This document shows positions 1 through 9,406 of a stretch of DNA of 64,000 bases, piece after piece. A program made the translations under genes and the position numbers. The stretch is from the human T2T-CHM13v2.0 reference genome, Homo sapiens. Each line of letters starts with the position of its first letter. Positions within the stretch are counted from its first letter, which is position 1. The notes under the pieces are model-generated. The model searched no databases. It was not told where the DNA came from and saw only the letters and a program-made list of their open reading frames with translations. The stretch lies in assembly GCF_009914755.1 (NCBI RefSeq), contig NC_060926.1. One strand, 5' to 3'.

Positions 1-134
1 CAAAGCTAGATTTCCTAAGCTACATTTTAGATTCTTTTCTCAGCAATGTACACTTACTTTTAAAAAAATAATAAAAAAAATAATAAAAATCCTTTTCCCA
101 AGCACCCCCGTCTAAAGTTACAGCTGTATTTGGT

Positions 135-257
135 TACTCGTTGGAGAGGAAGGCCGGTTGCCTTTCTTCTTGGCTTCCAAGCCTTGTTTCTGAATCCTTT
201 CCACACACACAACTCTTATTTCAAAGAGAAACCCCACTGGGAGACTGGAAGACAGGA
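135..257 (-). pseudogene. Fossil exon (NPVFQSPSGVSL*NKSCVCGKDSETRLGSQEERQPAFLSNE)
   Basis: Acceptor cttccttctctcacag; phase fits the 438-696 exon; end uncertain (another gtaagt donor at 57). Confidence 0.35.
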
Positions 258-437
258 CTGTGAGAGAAGGAAGTTATGTTAATTCCCCAACCCCAAAGAC
301 ACCAGTGGGCACTTCAAATACTTAGGGAGAAAAAAAAAAGCTTCCTTCTAGATTGATTAAAAGTTTGGTGATCACATTTGCAAGTTTTCACAGCTCCACC
401 ATTACATCCCTCCTCCCCCATCGCACCAGTCACTTGC

Positions 438-696
438 TTAGTCACAGATAGTGTCGCTGCTTAAGGAGCCAAGTAAGGCTGAATGTGACCCCTGTTTCCC
501 CGTGGCAGCCTGGGCTCCAAGGTAATTGAAGACATGACGGCTGTTGATTTTGGCTGAGGCTCAGCAAGGACTTAATGTTTGGGGAAATCAATGGCACCAC
601 AGTAGGCCACAACCCAACCAAGTAGCTTCTCCAGCCTTGAGGAGTACTTTTGCCTCTCAAACTTGAAAGATTCCAAAAAAAAGGGAACAGGAAGTG
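438..696 (-). pseudogene. Fossil exon (LPVPFFLESFKFERQKYSSRLEKLL...TLSVT)
   Basis: ttgtttcttag acceptor, AA|gcaagt donor-like end; 85 codons with 2 stops. Confidence 0.4.
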
Positions 697-979
697 CTAA
701 GAAACAATTTTTAAAATATTTACACATCTGACAATAAAACAACAGACTGTTAACTGGAAGTTACTAATGGAAAAATCTTTCAAGAAGAGATGGTATATAG
801 AGATTGAAAGAAATCTTTGAAGAGGAAATACAGTCTCCTGCAAGCATTCATTCAACAAATATTTTACATGTCATGCAATGCAATTATTCTTAATTTTTTC
901 CCTTCCATTTGACAATCCGATAAACAATAGAAACTATTTCCCCAGGAAAAAGCACACATGTATATAAATATTAGACCTA

Positions 980-1288
980 GGCTGGCTGCAGTGGCTCATG
1001 TCTGCAATCCCAGCACTTTGGGAGGCCCAGGTGGGCAGATCACTTGCACCCAGGAGCACAAGGCAGGATGAGGCAACATGGTGAGACCCCATCTCTACAA
1101 ATAAAAAATAAAAAAATAAAAATTAGTTGGTGGTGGCGCACGCCTATAGTAACACCTACTTGAGGGGCTGAGTGGGGAGGATCATTGAGCCCAAGAAGTC
1201 GAGGCTGCAGTGAGCCAAGACCATGACATGCACTCCAGCCTGGGGACAGAGAGACCCTTTCTCAGAAAAAAAAAAAAAAAAAAAAAAG
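980..1288 (+). mobile_element. AluJ-like SINE
   Basis: Diverged dimeric Alu with poly-A tail. Confidence 0.9.
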
Positions 1289-1308
1289 AATAAAACCCAC
1301 ATGGGGAA

Positions 1309-1604
1309 TTTTTTTTTTTTTTTGAGACAGAGTCTCGCTCTGTTGCCCAGGCTGGAGTACAGTGGTGTGATCTTGGCTCGCTGCAAGCTCCACCTCCCAG
1401 TTTCATGCCATTCTCCTGCCTCAGCCTCCTGAGTAGCTGGGACTGCAGGTGCCCGCCACTACGCCCAGCTAATTTTTTGTATTTTTAGCAGAGACAGGGT
1501 TTCACCGTGTTAGCCAGCATGGTCTCAATCTCCTGACCTCGCAATCCGCCTGCCTTAGCCTCCCAAAATGCTGGGATTACAGGCGTGAGCCACTGCACCC
1601 GGCC
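1309..1604 (-). mobile_element. AluY
   Basis: gcaagctcc, gccattctcc and gttagccag diagnostics; TSD atggggaattttt at 1301 and 1608. Confidence 0.92.
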
Positions 1605-1634
1605 AAAATGGGGAATTTTTTTAATCTTGAAAAA

Positions 1635-2605
1635 CTGGATATAGTTCGTCAGCCTAACTATTTAAAAGTTCTGTATGGCTAAAAAAAAAATAAAGACAAA
1701 TGATAAGTTTAGAAAACATTTGCCAAATATGTGATAGACAAAAACAATTTCATTAATATGTGTACATTTTGTTAATAAGTGACCTCTTACAAGTCAATAA
1801 ACATACAAAAAAGATGTTCAACCTCACTCAGACAATATTTTTCATCTATCCAATCGACAGAGGTTAAAAAATTGGATAATATCCATTGCTGGACCATGAG
1901 GACACAGGGATCATATATCGCAGATGGGAGTGTCAACTGGTACAACTGTTATATGATAATGTACCACATTTCTGGGACTTTTTAAAGCATATATATTTAT
2001 CCAAGTGCTCAAATATATATATTCAGATGTTCACTACTGTATTTTTTTGAAGAATGCAATCGGACTGTTCAATAGGACACATAACACATTTAGGCTATTT
2101 CAAGATAATGGTTTATTTTGACACCACCAAAAGGAATGTAGATCTCTCTGTTTTGATCTGGAAATAGGTTCAATACACATTATATCAAATTTACCGTTTC
2201 AACCATTTTTAAGCATACAGTTCTGTGGCATTAAGTACATTCATGTTGCTGTGCAACAACCACCATCATCCACTGTCAGAACTTTTTCGTCTTCCCCAAC
2301 TGAAACTCTGTTCCCTTCATACACCTTCTCTTCATTTCCCTCTCCTTGCCAGCCCCTGCCAACCAACATTCTACTTTCTATCAATTTGACTATTTTAGGT
2401 ACCTAATATAAGAGGAATTATACAATATCTGTTCTTTTGTGGCTGGCTTATTTCACTCAGCATAATTAATGTCTTCAAGGTTCATTCATATTGTCTCATG
2501 TGTCAAAATTTCTTTCCTTTTTAAGGCTGAATAATATGCCACCGTACATATATATCTCATTTGTTTTTTGATTCATTTGTTGATGGACGCTCGGATTTAC
2601 TGCCT
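1635..2605. mobile_element. Old L1M fragments (plus about 1635-2180, minus about 2180-2605)
   Basis: L1M 3'-end motifs such as ttatttcactcagcataat and tttttaaggctgaataata. Confidence 0.7.
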
Positions 2606-2639
2606 TTTCTTGTATGTTGTTGTTTTATTTGTTTAAGTA

Positions 2640-3870
2640 AACAATCACTTTTAAAGCCAAGGTTTCCTTGAGAAGATATTTAGGGCACAGGACACCAAAA
2701 TACAAATAAGTCAACTAGAAATGAGAATTTTCTGTGCTCCATTTTGAATTTGATTTGTAGTTCTCAGAATAGAACAGGGAGCCCAACCTGAGCTGAGCTT
2801 CTTGGGTACTCCTAAGAAAAACACTTCCCTGGAATCCATTCTCAGCCACCGATTTAGATAAGGGCCAAATAGCCTCCTGATCCAAGGCCACAAATTCTGT
2901 CACATTTGGTGTTCAGACACGTATAACCAAGTCTGTTGGAATGGATGGGGTGGGAATTCAGTGAAGGCCAAAATACAAAAGAAAATGATAGGGTCGCAGA
3001 CAGAAAGTTTTATTCTAAGGAGTTCAACCGCTGAGCCCTAGAGTTAAGGAGAAACAGTGGTTTCTGCAAAGCTGTGGTAGCTGGCTCTTTAACTGGTTCA
3101 GACTCTACTATCTTGGAGGCCTGCAGGTGCCCTGGTAGCCAAAAGGGCTCTAAGTTCAAACTCAAGGAGCTGCCTCACTAAACTCTACATCATTTTGGAG
3201 TCCAAGTAAACCTGCTGTGGGACAACCCTTGCCACCCCACTCAAGCTACAGTTTTTGATTGAGTAGGAAAGCCAGCATGATTTGTGTTTCTGCATCCAGG
3301 CAAATGTACTAAAATTCTTTGAGAGATGAGAGGAAATATTTTTCAGAAGCTTGGAGGTCTGAGTACACATGTGGGGAAAACAGTGATTATAAATTGGGCA
3401 TGGATGTTAATGTATACTCATATGTGCCCACAACAGTTGGAGCCTTGGGAACAAGGAAGTTACACTGCCTCGGCAAAGAAAGTGCTTTTCTCCACTGGAA
3501 CTGCAAAGGAGAATCTCAGCTCTAGGAGAGCCTCAGACCATTCAGGATTCAGAACCTAGATAGATGATGCTGTGAGGGCTGCGGCTGTGCTCTGCACTTC
3601 TGTGTACGTCGAACAAGACAATAGATGTGAAAGAGCAACCCAGAAGTTAGTCCATGTTTGGTGGAAAGGGGTCCTCAGCACCCTCATAGGTCATGCATCC
3701 TCAAAACCTTTTCTTCTAGGAAATTCCTGGCAATGCAATCTAATTTCTTCACTCCTCATCTTGAGGGGTAAGTGGGCAAACATCAAGAACACTGGCTTAT
3801 CAGCAACCTTCAGAGAAAGTTACTGAGAAGAAGGTGATTGCTAAGTATTTACAGATTAAAGACTCAACCT
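2640..3870 (-). pseudogene. Possible second large decayed exon
   Basis: Non-repeat, balanced composition; patches TEFVALDQEAIWPLSKSVAENGFQGSV and SKIVESEPVKEPATTALQKP; frame and strand not firmly resolved. Confidence 0.3.
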
Positions 3871-3904
3871 GTATTCATGCTCTGATGGTCCAACATTATA
3901 ACTT

Positions 3905-4330
3905 GGAAATAAAAATAAAATCCTAAGCACCCCCCCCCCCCATTTGACTAAATAGACCCTCTCCTGGCCAAGAGGACTTCAGGGAAACCTTAAAAACTGA
4001 GTTCCCGGCCATGATGGGATGGGAGGTTGGGCACATCTCATTATACCCCCTCCTCACTAACTACCATTAGGTGTTCTTTCCTAAGAGTTAAACAGAAACC
4101 AGCCCTTTGGAAAGACCTGTTGCACCTCTGATTACAACCAACCTCATGACTACCCCTCCCTTTTTGCTCTTTGACAACTGACCAGCATTCCTTCCTATTA
4201 AGGGAGTCCACTGACCATGGAGTGGTTCTGGCCAGTCTAGGGAAGATGCAGTGAGGGTTTTTGTGTCCTCTGCTTCACCTTTTGATGTCAGAGGGCTGAA
4301 AATCCCACCCTTGGATCATGCTAACACCAC
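3905..4330 (+). mobile_element. MER4-group ERV1 LTR, 3' truncated
   Basis: aaaataaaatcctaagc...ggccatgatggga...cattataccccctcctc...acaactgaccagcatt motifs. Confidence 0.7.
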
Positions 4331-4340
4331 TAAGCCTTAC

Positions 4341-4484
4341 ATAGTGGGGAATTCAAACACATGGGAAGGGGATTAATTCACAAAACAGCCTATACTATAT
4401 GAATAAGACCAAAAAATGGCCATCAGTTCATGACTTTATTAACTTATATAGTTAATACATGTTTTATATACTGTTATAAACAGA
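4341..4484 (-). pseudogene. Fossil exon H (NLFITVYKTCINYIS**SHELMAIFWSYSYSIGCFVN*SPSHVFEFPT)
   Basis: ttttttcacatag acceptor, AT|gtaagg donor; phase fits exon G; the 64-nt intron is short. Confidence 0.5.
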
Positions 4485-4548
4485 CTATGTGAAAAAATTT
4501 GAAATATAAACTCTTAAACCATGAAAACATTAGTCAAAATTCTGTTAC

Positions 4549-4675
4549 TTCAAATGTTAAATATTTCAGTCATCTATGAATGGCCATCATAATGATTTGA
4601 AACTAGCAAAGTTATCAGTTAGGTTTGCTATATCCTTTTTTTTCTCCCAAGCTGTTTGAGCTTTTATGTTAACAC
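4549..4675 (-). pseudogene. Fossil exon G (VLT*KLKQLG/KKDIANLTDNFASFKSL*WPFIDD*NI*HL)
   Basis: tatag acceptor in phase 0 after exon F; AA|gtaac donor; frameshift within an A-run. Confidence 0.5.
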
Positions 4676-4765
4676 CTATACTACTACAATGAGAAAACAG
4701 ATTGCTGTTGATGGGAATTATTAAAAAAAAACAAAACAAACAGAACCGCTTTTGGAGAAACTTGC

Positions 4766-5068
4766 CCTTATATACTCTCTTATAATTGCCTCAACAAATT
4801 CAAGATGGTTATACTTTTTAAAAAAGTTTTTCATGATTTTATTAGAAAGCAGTAACTCAGTAACTGCATTTCTGGTAGGCCTTTCTGATAGGTCACTTGA
4901 GAATGACTTTTGCATTATTCATGCATTTTCCACAATAGACACTTCATGTCTTTGAATTATTTTAGTTGGAGTAGGAAATGCAAACAAATCGGCAAATGGA
5001 CTTAGCCCTTGAAAGCTTATGTCCAGCTGAGTAGTTATATCAATCACATCATGAAAAATTCCTTTTAC
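4766..5068 (-). pseudogene. Fossil exon F, 101 codons with a single stop (VKGIFHDVID...NHLEFVEAIIREYIR)
   Basis: ttttttag acceptor, AGG|gcaagt donor-like end; 303 nt; only stop is TGA at 4919-4921. Confidence 0.7.
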
Positions 5069-5277
5069 CTAAAAAACTGCTGAAGTTCAGAGGTTGTAAT
5101 TTTTTTTTCTCAGCATAGGACAGACTGAAAAAGAAAATGAAGACCATCTTAAAATATCTTTGGATATTGGCAAAAATTTAGGGAGCTTTTTGATATGAGA
5201 AAAATATGCTTTTGCCTTTAAGGCAACATGTTGCCCATTACGTATTAATAAACTGGATTCAACAAAGACATTCTTAC

Positions 5278-5480
5278 CCATTGCTAAAAATCAACCAACT
5301 ATAAACAGTTACCACAGTTCTGTTTTTGCCAGTGCCAAAAAGATTTCCAAATCTTTTCAGCTAAAAAGCCAGCAAAGATCAAAGAGTTTTCACATGAGCT
5401 CTCTATGTGGCAATGAGATACAAGTGCCATCTTTTAGCACATTATAATAATCCTGTTGTGCAGTACTCCTTTCCAATGAC
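5278..5480 (-). pseudogene. Fossil exon E (SLERSTAQQDYYNVLKDGTCISLPHRELM*KLFDLCWLFS*KDLEIFLALAKTELW/L*LVDF*QW)
   Basis: tttttacag acceptor, TGG|gtaaga donor; several stops and one frameshift. Confidence 0.65.
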
Positions 5481-5748
5481 CTGTAAAAATTATATATTCA
5501 GAAAGGCATTTTTCTCAGCAAAAGGGAAAAAGTACGAATTAGGAAAGGTACATTTAACAAGCTCAATGATCTATTATAAGTTAATACACTTTTTCCCCAT
5601 TCTGTGGAGTTCAGAATTATAAATGCTTGGCTAGTTAGCCATAATAAAAATGGAATTTGAATGTTAGAGTGCAACCTGACAAAATGATTTATTACTCCTT
5701 CGTCATTGAAACTAATACACGCTCTAACCTTTATAGCTTTTCACTTAC

Positions 5749-5813
5749 TCTGTTAAGCATGCCTTGCACCAAATTAAAATATGTGCACTAGCACAATACT
5801 ATAGACAGATCTC
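5749..5813 (-). pseudogene. Fossil exon D (EICL*YCASAHILIWCKACLTE)
   Basis: GA|gtaagt donor; phase 2 joins exon E; acceptor degraded (alternative start 5798). Confidence 0.55.
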
Positions 5814-5840
5814 AAAACCAAAGAAAGATAGAGGAAGAAA

Positions 5841-5912
5841 GGAAGGAAGGAAGGAAGGAAGGAAGGAAGGAAGGAAGGAAGGAAGGAAGGAAGGAAGGAA
5901 GGAAGGAAGGAA
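5841..5912 (+). repeat. (GGAA)18 microsatellite
   Basis: Perfect tetranucleotide run read directly. Confidence 0.98.
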
Positions 5913-6280
5913 AGAATTCAGCCAGATGAACTTTAGTTAAGTGCAATTTATGTTTTTGCTAATGGCATCATACTAATTTTCCAATGCATTCACCTATCCA
6001 TTGGCCATGGTTACTATCATTGAAACTTTCACTTGAGCCTCTGTTCAGTTTTGACGTTACCATGTTGAATAGTTGTTATTTGTTTTACTGTCTGCCTCCT
6101 TCATCAGATGATGAGTAGTGACCCTAGTTTTACAGTCAAGATCAAACATGTAAAGTCTGTCTCCTCCACTATATTATAAGCTCTGTGACATCAAGGACCA
6201 AATCTGGTTCATGTACATGCCAAGCATTTAGGACACTATGTCCTGTGTATTTATTGATTCAACAAATATTTATTGAGGAC

Positions 6281-6708
6281 TGTTGTGGCTTGAATGTGTC
6301 CCCGAAAAGTTCATGTGTTGGAAATTTGGTCCCCAGTGCAGCAGTGTTGAGAGGTGGGACTTCTGGGAGGTGATTGGTTCACAAGAGCTCTGCCCTCATG
6401 AGTGAATGAATTTATTTCTAGATTAATGGATTGATGGGCTATCAAGGGAGTGGGTTAGTTACCACAAAAGTGAGTCTGTTATAAAAGTCAGTTTGGCTCT
6501 CTCTGGTGAATCCCACCCCCACACCATGTGATGCTCTGTGTTACCTCAGGACTCTACAGAGACCCCACTAGCAAGAAGGCCCTCACTAGATGAGAACCCT
6601 TGACCTTGTACTTCCCAGCATCTAAAATGGTAAGCAATAAATTTCTTTACTTTATAAATTACCCAGTCTCGGGTATTCAGCTATAGCAACAAAAAATGAA
6701 CGAAGATA
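6281..6708 (+). mobile_element. MST-type MaLR solo LTR
   Basis: tg...aataaatttc...ataaattacccagtctc...tatagcaac; 5-bp TSD AGGAC on both sides. Confidence 0.88.
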
Positions 6709-7406
6709 AGGACCTTCTCTGCACAGGGCCCTTTTGATTGCAAGAAATATAATCTAGTCAAATTAATTAAAATGAAAAAAGAGTCTACTTCCTAATTCTC
6801 ATCCTCTCATGCTTCTTTGCTTCTCTGTCTGCATCTGCCTCATTCTTTTTTCCTGATCAGCACTCTGATGCTCTCTGCCCCCACAGCCTGTGGAAATACA
6901 GGAAACTTCACAATGGTGCACAGTCCATACTCCATGAAACTTTCTGCTTAAGTAGCCCCCACAACCCTCAGCCTCTTGGTTCTAACTTAGTGAGAAAACT
7001 CTGATAAGAACCCACCATTTACAAGCTATTGGACTAACTCCCCTTGGATCAGTTTTCTTCCCTCATTTAATCAGTTGTAGCCAGGGAGAAGTCACATATT
7101 GGTATCAGAGTGTGCAGTCACAGAAGGAACTCCCTTTAGCAGTATCTCCCCTTAAATGAAGTTATAGTTAGGGCAGGTAATCGTAGACAAGACTAGTTAA
7201 ACTGTGTTTTTAGTTAGCTTTGTTTTGTATTTTATCATTCTGTCCTCAGTATCTAGCACATAGTAGGTATTTTAAAAACTATATTCATTGAACTGATGTT
7301 AGGATATGACATAATATATTATTTCTAACTTTTATAGTTTATGTGAAATGGGGAAGGCAAGTGGAGGGAGCTGACGTTTTGGACTCTGGACAGATACAAT
7401 ACATAC

Positions 7407-7505
7407 CTGCTGCCAGGATGAATAGATTAAAACAGGCAATTTCTATTTCTTTAACTTTCCTACTCAAGCATTGTTTTTAAATGAAAACTAACTCAGCATA
7501 TCAAG
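7407..7505 (-). pseudogene. Fossil exon C (*YAELVFI*KQCLSRKVKEIEIAC/LIYSSWQQ)
   Basis: ttttttaaag acceptor, CAG|gtatgt donor; one extra T in a T-run restores phase 0. Confidence 0.55.
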
Positions 7506-7581
7506 CTTTAAAAAACCAATTAAAACAATTAAAAGAGGAAATGGAGATACTCTAGTATGCAATTTATATGAAACCCATTAC

Positions 7582-7700
7582 CCACTATAACCATCTTTGA
7601 GGACACTCTGCATTTTAGAAGTGCCACAATAGCATATTCTCTCCTTTTCTGGTTCCCTTTAAAACTTAAGTCACTTAGAATGACATGAGGGGTTCTATTA
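7582..7700 (-). pseudogene. Fossil exon B of candidate unitary pseudogene
   Basis: Polypyrimidine tract tttactctttttactcttcaaattag; GG|gtaatg donor; open frame NRTPHVILSDL...SSKMVIV is phase-compatible with exon C. Confidence 0.45.
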
Positions 7701-7772
7701 CTAATTTGAAGAGTAAAAAGAGTAAAAAGGAACAAATTCCCCTCTAATAAATTACCCCCACAGAAAATATGC

Positions 7773-9070
7773 TGTGAGGTGGGAAAGGCTGATGGCTAGA
7801 CCGACACTGCAGAGTTCCATTGGTAGAGATGCGCTTTGTGTAATGTTGGGAGCAAGTAATGATTTTTCCTCTTTGTTCTTGTGGAGGGATGCTTTGGGTG
7901 CTCAGAGGAGCATTGACTACCTTTTCCATCCCTTCCCTTTAAAGAAATCAGATTTTGTAAACAGTGAAAAAACCAAGAGCAGATGTGATCATTTAAGCTG
8001 GGAATGCAGCCATACCGGGTGTCAGAGCATGTTGTGAGCACCTCTACCTGGGTGTCCCCCTAGGGCTACAGCTGCTCTCAAGGTCACTTCCTCTCACACA
8101 GACAGGCAGTGAAACTCATGCTGAGGACTCATCTTCTGTACACACTTTTAAGAACTTCTACTTCCAAAGATACAATGAAGTTAATAAATGAAGCAAAGCA
8201 GATTTCTAGACTAGGCTTCACATAGGGTGGCTTGCAGCATTTAGAAGCATTTCTCTAGACACCACACCTATTTTCCAACTGTAATATTCTGTATAGAATG
8301 CAAATGTTCAGACTTTGCTTTTCAAAAACGTTGTATGGTTCACAGCTGAAGAGAGAATAGTTGAGAGTTGAGTGATCTATCCTTCAAACTACAGGCATGA
8401 TATTCCTTCACTTGCCAGCAACCCTTGGACCTCTGCAAGGATGTGACAGGAATAGCACAACTCACTAGAGCAGGTATCAGCTGCTCCCTCTAGTCACTTT
8501 CTGGGTGCTGTGACCTCCAGCAGCAGAGGCATTCATTCTCCAAGGGTGTTCTATGAGCCTTATTGGTCCTCCCTGTACGATCAGCTGCGAAAGAACTGCC
8601 AGTGCAATCTTGAGACTAGATGAGGAGTTACACTGACAGGATAAAATTTCAAGGCTTGCTAATCCTTGTGCATGATGACATGAGATCATCAGACCAGCTT
8701 GACTACAGGAGGCATTTCTGTAAAGGGGTAAGATTACAGTTAAGTGTCTCACAGCTCCTGTCTTTTCTATGAAGTACTGACTCTAGCTAGGGGTGAGTCA
8801 CCAGAATAAAATGATCATTTATTTCAGGACAATGACCTGAGTAGTCACTTTGAAATTTTTCTGATGGCCTCTCTTCTTTGCTCTTGGCATTTCACTTAAA
8901 TTTTCAGATTTAAAAATAATTTTTTTGCTACGTGGAATGCCTTTTTGATCTATTGCCAATGCTTTCACCTTTTGTCTATTTATACAAGGGGCTCAGATTC
9001 TGCATCTTCTCCCCCTGACATCCCAGACAAGTGATTTGTCTCATTGGGAGAAATCTTAGAAACCATGTCT
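7773..9070 (-). pseudogene. Possible large decayed exon A (S/E/K-rich, multiply frameshifted)
   Basis: Non-repeat, more GC-rich than flanks; protein-like patches such as INRQKVKALAIDQKGIPRSKKIIFKSENLSEMPRAKK; ends at ACA|gcatat, aligned to the GT donor of the inverted copy. Confidence 0.4.
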
Positions 9071-9218
9071 TCGGGGCAGTTTCCTCTCCCTCCCCGTCTC
9101 CCTGCTCCTGCTCCTCCCTCTCCCCCTCCCCCACTCCAACTCTCCCTTTCCCTCTGCCATGTAAGAAGTACCTTGCTTCCCCTTCGCCTTCTGTCAAAAA
9201 AAAAAAAAAAAAAAAAAA
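9070..9218 (+). mobile_element. MST/THE1 LTR scrap with CT-rich tract and poly-A
   Basis: ctgccatgtaagaagtaccttgcttccccttcgccttctg resembles the MST core; followed by a long A-run. Confidence 0.6.
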
Positions 9219-9256
9219 CATGTCTCTGTGTCATCACTGAGCTGCTGCTATTACAG

Positions 9257-9406
9257 GTGTAGAAATCCCCAGCTGCCTGTATCTCTGATGCTTCTCCACA
9301 GGAACAAAAAGAAACAGAACCACTTGTTCCCAACATGAAGCTAAGGGCATCTGTACCAATGGAGGTCTGTAGCATCTGTCCAGCCACTGGCCTTTCCTAA
9401 CTTAAA
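9257..9406 (+). pseudogene. Fossil exon, plus strand (V*KSPAACISDASPQEQKETEPLVPNMKLRASVPMEVCSICPATGLS*LK)
   Basis: ttacag acceptor, AAA|gtaaga donor, 150 nt; inverted paralog of 7782-7886. Confidence 0.55.

Noticed and set aside
5430-5455. DYYNVL resembling a DnaJ J-domain start
   Set aside because: No HPD motif or J-domain helix pattern follows.
7782-9397. Inverted repeat read as terminal inverted repeats of a DNA transposon
   Set aside because: No TSD or transposase-like interior seen; both copies end at splice-donor positions and keep a shared reading frame.
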